Below, one piece after another: positions 1 to 10,524 of a DNA stretch of 64,000 nt. A model generated the notes under the pieces. It saw nothing but the letters and a program-made list of their open reading frames with translations, was not told where the DNA came from and did no database searches. Every line of letters starts with the position of its first letter. Position 1 is the first letter of the stretch. The stretch is from assembly GCA_038087875.1 (NCBI GenBank), contig CM075988.1:7132001-7196000 (forward strand). Direction: 5' to 3'. A program made the translations under genes and the position numbers. Source of the stretch: Malacoraja senta (Eukaryota).

Positions 1-2304
1 GTGTTGAATGCTGATGAGAAGTCTGCAAACAGAAGTCTGGCTGTGGTCTTGGGGATTTCCAGATGCTTATGGATGGTGTTTAAGATGAATATTCTTGCGT
101 CATCGACACCCCTGCCAGCCTGGTAAGCAAACTGCAATGGATCCATCATCGAGCCAGTTGCCTTGGTGATGTGCTCCTTGATGATCCTCTCCATGGCCTT
201 CATGACCAGGGAGGTGAGAGCCACCGGTCTAAGGTGATTCAGGACCTTGGTGGTGCCCTTCTTTGGGATGGGAATCACTGTTGAGTTTTTCCACATCGCA
301 GGGACTGTGCTGCTGGTCAAAGAGCCCTGGAACAGATGCTGGAACACACCTCCCAGCTGCTCAGCACAGTGCCATAGGGTCCGCCCACAGATGTTGTCTG
401 GCCCTGGAGCTGTGTTCTTTTTTAGTCCTTTTGAGGGCTCTCACCACCTCTGATGTGTTGATGTTGAGGCCGGAGTCATCAGGTCTGAGTGTGGAGACGA
501 TTGATTCTAGCTGGGTGCTGTTGTCCTTTTCAAATCTGGTATAGAAGGAGTTGAGATCATTCAGGAGTGAAGTGAAGCTGCTTCCTGCTACCTGAATGGG
601 CTTGCGGCTGGTAGAGACAGAGTTCGCTGCTGCCATGTTCTTGAGGCCCTGCCAAGCCGCACGGAGGTTCCCTTTTCCAAAGGTCTGCTCCACTTTGTTC
701 TTGTATTTCAGCTTGGCAATTTATATGGCCCGCTTGACCTCTCTGTTTACCTCCTTCTTCTCAGCTACAGAACCGGTAAAAAATGTTCTCTTTTTCTTAT
801 TCAATATGTTTTTTAGATCTTTAGTCACCCAGGGTTTATTGTTAGGGAAGATTGTGACCTTCTTGGAGGGGATAATATTGTCTACACAGAAAGTGATGTA
901 TGCTGAGACTGTATCCGCTTGCTCACTGGTGTTGGTGGAGGAGGATGTGAGGGTATTCCAGTCTGTGGTTTCAAAACACCCTTGAAGCCTGTCAATACTG
1001 TCCGGTGTCCACTGTTTGATGTCCTTGATGACTTTCTCTGTTCTCTTTACCACAGGTGTGTAGGCAGGAGCGAGCAGTATGCTGCTGTGGTCAGCAGAGC
1101 CTAGGGGAGGGAGGGAGACGGCTCTGTAGGCTTCTGGGACTGACCCATAGCATTTGTCCAGTGATTTCCCTAGACGGGTGGTGCAATTGACATACTGGTA
1201 GAATCCTTTAAGTGACTTGTCAATGGAACAGTGAATGAAGTCACCCATGATGAATTTGGGGGCGTCCGGAGATATCAGTTCGAGTCTGTTGAGCATATTT
1301 CTTATATGTTCCGTAGCAGTGGATGCATTTGCTCTGGGGTGGATATAAACCAGAATGAAAAACAGTTGTGGGAATTCCCTGGGAAGGTAGAAGGGACGCA
1401 GGGAGACAGCCAAGAGTTCAATGTCAGGGTTGCACAGTTCTTCTCTGACAACAACTGTTTTGCACCAGCGTGGATTGATGTAGAGGCAGACACCACCGCT
1501 ATGGTGCTTGCCAGTCAGTTCAGTATCACGGTCTAACCTTACAGGAGACCCGAAGCCATCTATGTGCATGCTGTCACTGTTGTCACTCCCAGTCAGCCAT
1601 GTTTCAGTGAAAGCAAGAATGGAAGCAGTCCGGTATTCATACATGTGAAAAACGTTAGCTTGCAGTTCATCAGTCTTGTTACGCAATGAGCGCACATTAG
1701 CAAGGATCACTGAGGGAAGTGCACGGTGCTTACTTTCTCCTCGCCTAAGTCTTGCTTTAATACCACCCTTCTTCTTCCTCCCCCGTCTCGTTACCTTCTT
1801 TCTATTGTTGTGCAGGGTGCCTGTCCGGTCGGTTGGGAGTTCACATTGTAGCTCCTCCGGCAACTTGTCTATGGCAGGGGCTTGGTGAGAGCGAAATTGC
1901 AGCTGAAGAAAAAAGTCCCTGCAGTAAGTAATCCGTTGGTTGTCCGGAAGAGTGTATCCATATGATGCAGTGGGCAGATAATCCAAGACGAACAGTAGAA
2001 GCATAAGAGTCCATAGTGTCCATGTGAAGTCCATACTTTGGAGCAGTGAACGCAAAAAGCTAGCTGGCTAATTAACGTTAGCTCGTTGGTCCGGTGTGTG
2101 TGTGAGGTAGTGGCAGCGCCCGCACAACCACACCACGAAGTACTGAACTATACGGCAGCAGTTGACCGTCAATCGATACCCAATGTACTTAAAACGAAAC
2201 AAAGCACTCTCACAAACTCACGTAACGTAACGTAACGAAGAAACAAACATTCAAAGCTACTCTCTGCACTGACCGGTCGACCGCACGAGCAGTGACCCGG
2301 AAGT
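1..2304 (-). mobile_element. Rex1/Babar-clade non-LTR retrotransposon, 5' end present, runs off the left edge of the window
   Basis: ORF 721..2055 encodes an APE endonuclease (ILANVRSL, AFTETWL, GGVCLYIN, IMGDF, LGSADH). An in-frame TAA at 721-723 and a frameshift near 420 follow, then RT motifs (APGPDNI, RPVALTSLVMK, DPLQFAYQAGRGVDDA, LFADFSSAFN). First ATG is at 2034. The 5' end is at about 2304 (ACTTCCGG on the - strand), abutting a CR1. Confidence 0.88.
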
Positions 2305-3858
2305 TATTGCCACCAAAGTGGATAACCTCACATTTATCCACATTATACTGATCTGCCAAACATTTGCCCACTCACCCAGCCTATCCAATCACCTTGCAGT
2401 CTCCTAGCATCCTCCTCACAGATAACACTGCCACCCAGCTTCGTGTCATCCGCAAACTTGGAGATGTTGCCTTCAATTCCCTCATCCAGTTCATTAATAT
2501 AAATTGTAAATAGCTGGGGTCCCAGCACTGAGCCTTGCGGTACCCCACTGGTCACTGCCTGCCATTGTGAAAAGGACCCGTTTACTCCTACTCTTTGCTT
2601 CCTGTTTGCCAGCCAGTTCTCTATCCACATCAATACTGAACCCCCAATACCGTGTGCTTTAAGTTTGTATACTAATCTCTTATGTGGGACCTTGTTGAAA
2701 GCCTTCTGAAAGTCCAGATACAACACATCCACTGGTTCTCCCCTATCCACTCTACTAGTTACATCCTCGAAAAATTCTATAAGATTCATCAGACATGATT
2801 TACCTTTCGTAAATCCATGCTGACTTTGTCCAATGATTTCACCACTTTCCAAATGTGCTGCTATCCCATCTTTAATAACTGACTCTAGCAGTTTCCCCAC
2901 TACCGATGTTAGACTAACTGGTCTGTAATTCCCCGTTTTCTCTCTCCCTCCCTTCTTAAAAAGTGGGGTTACGTTTGCTACCCTCCAATCCTCAGGAACT
3001 ACTCCAGAATCTAAAGAGTTTTGAAAAATTATCACTAATGCATCCACTATTTCTGCAGCTACTTCCTTAAGTACTCTGGGATGCAGCCTATCTGGCCCTG
3101 GTGATTTATCGGCCTTTAATCCATTCAATTTACCCAACACCAGTTCCCGACTAACCTGGATTTCACTCAGTTCCTCCATCTCCTTTGACCCACGGTCCCC
3201 TGCTATTTCTGGCAGATTATTTATGTCTTCCTTAGTGAAGACGGAACCAAAGTAGTTATTCAATTGGTCCGCCATATCCTTGTTCCCCATGATCAATTCA
3301 CCTGTTTCTGACTGCAAGGGACCTACATTTGTTTTAACTAATCTCTTTCTCTTCACATATCTATAAAAACGTTTGCAGTCAGTTTTTATGTTCCCTGCCA
3401 GTTTTCTTTCATAATCTATTTTCCCTTTCCTAATTAAGCCCTTTGTCCTCCTCTGCTGGTCTCTGAATATCTCCCAGTCCTCTGGTATGCTGCTTTTTCT
3501 GGCTAATTTGTACGCATCATCTTTTGCTTTGATACTATCCCTGATTTCCCTTGTTATCCACGGATGCACTACCTTCCCTGATTTATTCTTTTGCCAAACT
3601 GGGATGAACAATTTTTGTAGTTCATCCATGCAGTCTTTAAATGCCTTCCATTGCGTATCCACCGTCAACCCTTTTAGAACTAATTGCCAGTCAATCTTGG
3701 CCAATTCACGTCTCATACCCGTAAAGTTACCTTTCTTTAAGTTCAGAACCATTGTTTCTGAATTAACAATGTCATTCTCCATCCTAATGAAGAACTCAAC
3801 CATATTATGGTCACTCTTGCCCAAAGGGGCACGCACAACAAGACTGCTAACTAACCCT
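2305..3858 (-). mobile_element. CR1 (HER1-like) LINE ORF2 fragment, 5'-truncated, interrupted at its 3' side by the Rex1 element
   Basis: ORF 2343..3887: LGKSDHN (APE C-terminus), [51 protein letters not shown]. Frameshift near the 3' end; sequence stops at the EVIHFGG codons. Confidence 0.93.
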
Positions 3859-4211
3859 AATGGAGGATGACAATGTGAAAGGTTCATCTCTACCCATGTG
3901 GCAAGATCAAGATTGGGCTTGGCTTGATGCCAGGGTCTGAATGCACAAGTTAAGCAGTGCCCACATCTCTGATTTGTTTTTTTAAATAAAGCATTCTAGC
4001 CCTGTGGAAGATTTTGGTTGTGCAATTCTGTTACATTTGTACCTTGGGGATGGAAAGAATGTATTTCCTTCTCAGTCTTTGGGTTTCATTTCCACGTTCT
4101 CAAAAGTAGCTAGGTTGTCCTTCTCTGGTGGATTGTATCCAACAGGTTTGTTTTTTTCCCTTGCCGGGATCACGTCACTTTGTGAATTGTCCTGTGAACT
4201 GATACAAACTG

Positions 4212-4813
4212 TGTCAAAAAGGCACAACAGAGGATGTACTTCCAACGGCAGCTGAGGAAGCACAATCTGCCACAGGCAATGATGGTCCAATTCTACACGG
4301 TCATCGTAGTCTGTTCTCACCTTCTCCATCATGGTCTGGTTTGGCTCAGCCACCAAGCACGACACCTGGAGGCTGCAGCGAATCGTCCGATCAGCTGAGA
4401 AGGTTATTGGCTGCAACCTTCCCTCCATTGATAAACTGTACACTGCAAGGGCCAGGAAGCGAGCGGGCAAGATCATCTCTGACCCCTCTCACCCTGGCCA
4501 CAAACTCTTTGAATCACTTCCCTCTGGAAGGTGACTCCGGACTGTCAAAGCTGCCACAGCCAGAAATAAAAATATTTTTTATCCACGAGTAGTTACTCTA
4601 CTCAACAGCCAATCTGTAGCCTCCCTTTGATCTGGTATTTTGTTGGTTCACATGCTTGATCAATGGTGTTTTATCATTAATGTTTTATTATTATTAATGT
4701 TTAGTGTTTTCCGAGTCATTCGTAACTGTCACTGTATGTCATGTTGTTACTTGTGGGCGGAGCACCAAGGCAAATTCCTTGTATGTGAATACTTGGCCAA
4801 TAAACTTACTTAT
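4212..4813 (+). mobile_element. Rex1/Babar 3' fragment (post-RT C-terminal domain, 3'UTR, tail)
   Basis: Reads VKKAQQRMYF...VWFGSATKHDTWRLQRIVRSAEKVIG...DPSHPGHKLFESLPSGR with lesions; ends AATAAA-CTTACTTA. Confidence 0.85.
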
Positions 4814-4876
4814 CTATAAGCACTAAAAGGTTTTATTGCCTCACTGTTGCTTCATACCAGTATGCTTTATATCCAC

Positions 4877-5636
4877 CGGGTGGCGCTTCAGTGGCAGCCT
4901 CGCCTACAGTCTGTCTGTCCTTCTCGTCTTTTTTTGTTATTTTTACTGTGTTTAAAAAGTATGTGCTAATGTTCTCTGATTTGTTTTATGTGGTGGGGGG
5001 TGGGGGGGGGGTGGTGGTAGGCAGGCTCAGAGGAAACTTTTCTCAATCGCTTACCTTGCATGAGATGCGATTGTTTTCTGGGTCGTATCTCCGGTTGCTC
5101 TGCGGCCTAACATCGTGGAGCTGGAGGCCTTCTCGGGACTGACTTTGAGCCCCACAGCGGGGCGTGGACTTACCATCGGAGCCTATTCCTTGCCTGGGAT
5201 TGACACTCCAACCGCAGCCTGTGGACTTTAACATCAAGGGGCTCGCAGTCTAGGGTTGAGACCGACGTTGGCAAGCTCCAAAAGCTCCACACGACGTTCA
5301 ACTAGCCCTGACCCAGGATAGATTGCCCGGCGTGGGGGATCTGAGATTCTCCCCCCCCCCCCGATCGCCCCGACAAGGAGGCCCACCACCGGAGCCAAGA
5401 TCGGCCCATCAACGGAAGGTTAGAGGCCCCCGATCGCTGGAGGACAAAGATGGGAGCGATTGAACTTTTTTTCCCCCTTTCATCACAGTGAGGAATGTGG
5501 AGGAGTCACTGTGGTGGATGTTCATGTTAAAATGTATTTTATATGTTCTGTTTCTTTTTATTGGTATGACTGTATGGCAAATCAAATTCCTCGTATGTTG
5601 CAAAACATACTTGGCTAATAAAGTATGATTATGCTT
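4877..5636 (+). mobile_element. GC-rich non-autonomous retroposon, copy A (Rex1-type tail)
   Basis: Shares head, GACTTTAACATC motifs and a 3' hairpin with copies at 44626, 52774 and 62888. Tail CAAATTCCTCGTATGT...ATACTTGGCTAATAAA matches the Rex1 tail at 4771-4804. Confidence 0.7.
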
Positions 5637-6389
5637 ATCATGACAAACTTGTGTGTGTTGTTATGTTAATATATATGGATCCAAACACAAGTGCATATGA
5701 GCATCTGACTGCCAAGTATTAGATTCCATTCCTGAATGGCTTTTTTTTGTGAAGAGCCAAGTATGGTGGTTGGCAGTAAAAGTTGCTGGGATTGGAGGGT
5801 ATCAGCTACAGGGAGAGGTTGGACAGACTTGGATTGTTTCCTCTGGAATGGTAGAGGTTGCAGGCAGACCTGATAGAATTATACACTATTATGAGAGGCA
5901 TTGATAGGGTGGACAGTCAGAACCTTGTGCATTATGGAACATGGTGTCAGAAGATAATAGGACACAGAGAAAAAATAGTTTGCTGAGGAAGATAATTTCA
6001 GATAAGCTCAGAACAAGTCTCCAGAATGGGGGAACCAGCACTCCCCACACTGGGTCCCCTTTTGTTCTCCCTCTCAGCAGACCCCCACGCTGGGTACCCC
6101 TTTGTCCTTGGCGACCCCTGGCAACCACTTACGTGACCGGTCCTCGTCCGCCCATGGTATAATAAAGTGATGCCGGTGATTTTAATGGGATTGGGAAATA
6201 TCTGTATCTCTAAACTAAACTGAATATATAGCACCCTGGATTCCAGTTCACACACATAGTGTTTCATACACAAACCCCAGCTCCAGCCTGACATCCACCC
6301 CATAATCCAGATGCACCCCAAGCTTTCAAGGTCAAGGTCGCATGTACCAATTAAGGTACAGTGATTTACCCACGTACCCATTCCCACGT

Positions 6390-7225
6390 TTAGTTTACTG
6401 TCACGTGTAGCGAGGTACAGAGAAAAGTTTTTGTTGCGTGCTAACCAGTCAGTGGAAAGACAATACATGATTAAAATCGAGCCATCCACAGTGTACAGAT
6501 ACATGATAAAGGGAATAACATGAATAACATTTAGTGCAAGATAAAGTCCAGTTAAAGATAGTCCGAGGGATTCGGATGAGGTAGATAGTAATAATAATAA
6601 TAATAATAATGGATGGGATTTATATAGCGCCTTTCTAATACTCAAGGCGCTTTACATCGCATTATTCATTCACTCCTCAGTCACACTCGGTGGTGGTAAG
6701 CTACTTCTGTAGCCACAGCTGCCCTGGGGCAGACTGACGGAAGCGTGGCTGCTAATCTGCGCCTACGGCCCCTCCGACCACCACCAATCACTCACACACA
6801 TTCACACACATTCACATACATTCACACGCAGGCAAAGGTGGGTGAAGTGTCTTGCCCAAGGACACAACGACAGTATGCACTCCAAGCGGGATTCGAACCG
6901 GCTACCTTCCGGTTGCCAGCCGAACACTTAGCCCATTGCGCCATCTGTCGTCCGAACTATCTGTCGTAGCTCAGGACTGCTCTCCAGTTGTGGTAGGACG
7001 GTTCAGTTGCCAGATAACAACTGGGAAGAAATTGCCCCTGAATCTGGAGGTGTGCGTTTTCACACTTCTGTACCCCTTGCCAAATGGGAGAGGGAGGAAG
7101 AGGGAGTGTCTGGGGTGCGACTCGTCCTTGATTATGCTGCTGGCCTTGCCGAGGCAGCGTGAGGTGTAGATGGTCAATGGAAGGGGGGCTGGTTTGTGTG
7201 ATTGTCTGGGCTGTGTCCACAACTC
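6390..7225 (-). mobile_element. Rex1/Babar 3' fragment interrupted by a SINE
   Basis: ORF 6971..7252 reads IYTSRCLGKASSIIKDESHPRHSLFLPLPFGKGYRSVKTHTSRF. The 3'UTR at 6390-6588 matches the copy at 10525-11000. Confidence 0.75.
6589..6953 (-). mobile_element. tRNA-derived CORE-type SINE resembling teleost AFC SINEs, with L2-type tail and (ATT)n
   Basis: - strand: A box TGGCGCAATGGG, B box GGTTCGAATCCC, CORE-like GTGTCCTTGGGCAAGACACTT, tail TGTAAAGCGCCTTGAG...AAAGGCGCTATATAAAT followed by (ATT)7. Confidence 0.8.
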
Positions 7226-7648
7226 AGTAATTTCTTGCAGCTCTGGCTGCACATTCTGCCTGCACTCTAGTCCTCCAACTCACTCTAGTCCTCCAGCTCA
7301 CCATTCCAGATTAATAAGTGGACCCAATATCAGACCATCAGGACTTCTGAACTATTGGTGGATTATCAGAGTTTTACTGCTTTATCACATTTCCAGCCAG
7401 ACAAAATAACTGTGCAAATGTCTGCAGAAATAGTCATAGAGTGATACAGTGTGGAAACAGGCCCTTCAGCCCAACTTGCCCACACTGGCCAACGTGTCCC
7501 AACTACACTAGTCCCACCTGCATGCGCTTGGCCAATATCCCTCCAAACTTGTCCGATCCATGTACCAATGTACTATTGCTGACCCTAGTTTAAGTTGAAT
7601 GGATTACTATCTCTAAGGCTTCATCTTCTCTTTGCAAATGATTGTCTT

Positions 7649-7680
7649 GTCTGAAGAAGGGTCTCGACCCGAAACGTCAC
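7649..7680 (+). ncRNA. Minimal type I hammerhead ribozyme motif (consensus copy) in a Penelope-derived short repeat spanning 7649-7780
   Basis: CTGAAGA (7651-57, CUGANGA box), A, stem II GGGTC-TC-GACCC, GAAA (7671-74), CG, TC; predicted cleavage after 7678. Stem I is only about 2 bp. Confidence 0.65.
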
Positions 7681-8779
7681 CCATTCGTTCTCTCCAGCGA
7701 TGCTGCCTGTCCCGCTGAGTTACTCCAGCATTTTGTGTCTACCTTCGGTTTAAACCAGCATCTGCAGTTCTTTCCTACATGTCTTGTGTTATCACTGTGC
7801 AAAACCAGAGCAGCTGGGGTCAATATTAGAATAAATATCATCTTATTATTTCTATACTGCCAGAATGCACATCAGATGAAAACACTTACTTTGATTTGTG
7901 AAGGGATGCAGGGACAGTATACTGAAGTCTTACCTGAAGAACTGAAACCAGAAAAGCTTACTGCTATTTAGATTCTAATCATAACCCAGGCATGTATCAT
8001 GCCATTTTGTTCTGCAATACAGCGAGGAATATATATATATAGTCAATAATATTCGCTGAAACTAAATATCTGACAAAGTCAAAAGCCAAGTCAAAATTCT
8101 TGTGTTGAAAGCAGAGTGTATATACATAGATACTCTTTCGAACCTGTAGACAGAGGCAGCACTGTTATTTCTTCAGATCGTGGAAGCTTGGATGATAAAC
8201 ATGTCTTTCTTTCTGTAATGCACCGATCCCCAAGTGCATTAATTAAAAAGGCTGAGTAAGAAAACTTACCGCTGCTAATTAAAATATCTATTTGAATGTG
8301 TTGCACCTCTGTGCTTAAGATTTCACACAGGAAGGAACTCACAGTTCCATTGGACCAGGGGGAAATAATCTGAATATAGTGTATGAGCCATTAAACCTGT
8401 GAATTGGAATTGGTTTCCTTGGAGACCAGCATGTCAAGACACAGAATGCATCATAATCTAAATATAGAAAAATTCCATCTCCATCACTGGAAGTAGTGTC
8501 TGGGAGATTGGGTGAAGTGCTGGGTGACGACTCTGTCAATGTGACCTCAATAGATGAAGGACATTCAGAAATTGAAATGGATAATAATCGGATGAAATAT
8601 TTTTTGGGGGGCATCTTTTAGTGTCATATTATGGAAACCAAGAGGAAACATAAGAGACTGTAAATGATGGGATCTTAAGCAAAATACAAAGTGCTGGAGG
8701 AACGCGGCAAACTACCTTGAGTCTGAAGAAGGTTCCCACCCGAACCATCATCTATCCTTTTCCATCAACAGATGTTACC

Positions 8780-8960
8780 TCTCTGTAGAGAAGGAATGGG
8801 TGACGTTTCAGGTGGAGACCCTTCTTCAGTCTGAAGAAGGGTCTCCACCTGAAACGTCATCCAGTCCTTCTCTCCAGAGATGCTGCCTGTCCCGCTGAGT
8901 TACTCCAGCTCTTTGTGTCTATCTTTGGTTTAAACCAGCATCTGCAGTTCCTTCCTACAC
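8780..8960. repeat. Head-to-head palindromic pair of Penelope/hammerhead short repeats
   Basis: 50-bp arms 8780-8829 and 8831-8880 with a 1-nt spacer and 3 mismatches; the + copy continues to about 8960. Confidence 0.9.
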
Positions 8961-10015
8961 AGATGTTGCCTGATCTGCTGAGGCCCTCCAGGATGTTGTT
9001 GCTTGCTTATTAAAACCAAGCTCACACTGGGGATGTACTCAACACTGGATGTCAGGGGAGTGGATTTACTTTAAAAAAGACACAAAGTGCTAGAGATACT
9101 CAGTGCTGGAGAATTATCCTGCCAGAGATGCTGCCCGGCCCTCTGAGTTACTCCAGCACTTTGAGTCTTGTTTTTAGTAGACCAGCACCTGCAGTTCTTT
9201 GTTTCTACAATGGATTTATTTTACTTTGATTACATTGTCATGGAATTTGGAACTGGGTGACGATAGAACTATTTTCTGGGAGGAGCCTGGGATCTTTCCT
9301 TGAGTCCAAACTCAGACCAATGTGATGGACTGTGCCAATTTAGTAAGAATTCAGGAGTCTTCTGTGATCATGTTCAAGGTGCTCGTGTGATAAATTGGGA
9401 ATTGCTCTTCTTTTAGAAATGCCACCTGAGTGAGCGTGCTTGCTAAATCCAAATCCATCACAGACGTTGAAGAGATCACGGGGATGCTTCATGGTTGCTG
9501 CCTGACTGCTGAGTATTTCAGATTCACAGCATCTGTAGTATTTTGCTTTTCAATTGCAGATCATTAGAACTGGTGATGATTTGGAGAAACTCATGATCTT
9601 TATAAACCTCGTGTTGCAGTACAACTCTTGGGCATCTTGCTATAACAATCCTGGCATGGAATTTCCAGGTTCTCCTACCAGGAGCAACATTCCTTGGTTT
9701 CTATCATTCTGAGGAAGGGTCCCGACCCAAAGCGTCACGTTTCCATGTCGTGCAGAGATGCTGCCTGACCTGCTGCCTTACTCCAACACTTTGTCTTTTT
9801 TTGTAAACCAGCATCTGCAGTCCTTGTTCCTGCATATTCTTTGGTTTCTTATTTCCCTTCCTAACCTAAGTAGCAAAGAGATGACTTATAGCATTTCTCC
9901 TCTTTGCTCCGATCTCCAATGAGTTTGTCTGCTATTCTAACTGCATCAATGCCACATTACATACCGGTAGTTTAAATGACCACAACATTATGCAGCAAGC
10001 CAAATATTGGGATAG

Positions 10016-10258
10016 ATAGAAACATAGAAAATAGGTGCAGGAGAAGGCCATTCATCCTTTCAAGCCAGCAACCCTTCAATATGATCATGGCTGATCATCC
10101 AGAATCAGTACCCTGTTCCTGCTTTCTCCCCGTATCCCTTGATTCCGTTAGTCCCAAGACCAATATATAACTCTTTCTTGAATACATCCAGTGAATTGGC
10201 CTCCACTGCCAACTGTGGTGGAGAATTTCACAGATTCACAACTCTCTGGCTAAAAAGG
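10016..10258 (-). mobile_element. CR1 3' end fragment
   Basis: Matches the 3'UTR and tail of the CR1 at 16290-16518 (CATAGAAA-type tail, GATCATGGCTGATC). Confidence 0.8.
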
Positions 10259-10524
10259 TTTTGTGCCACATGGGTGTCCAAAAGATGTCTCCTGTATTCC
10301 ACATTTTGGAGGGGGATTTACACAGAGTATTGATGAGTCCACATATTGAGCATGCTCTGCAGTTTGTATTCCCCATTGTTAAAAAAGCATCAACGTCACA
10401 TTGGTTCTCCAGCATCAATCTACTGGATAGAAGCAGAATATGCCTTGTAGGAAACTATAGCACCAGGGAGTTGTAAAATACAACAATTATTTCCACAGGC
10501 AAAGATAAAAATCAGACCACCCGG

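Noticed and set aside
6040..6160. Duplicated CCCCAC(A/G)CTGGGT..CCCCTTTGT and a possible hAT-like end
   Set aside because: No matching second TIR or TSD found.
5998..6645. 215-aa ORF with a poly-Leu signal-like start
   Set aside because: Runs through a SINE (ATT)n tail and a Rex1 3'UTR; chance ORF.
8339..8614. Ser/Thr-rich 91-aa ORF on the - strand and an acidic open stretch on the + strand
   Set aside because: No recognisable homology or supporting splice structure.
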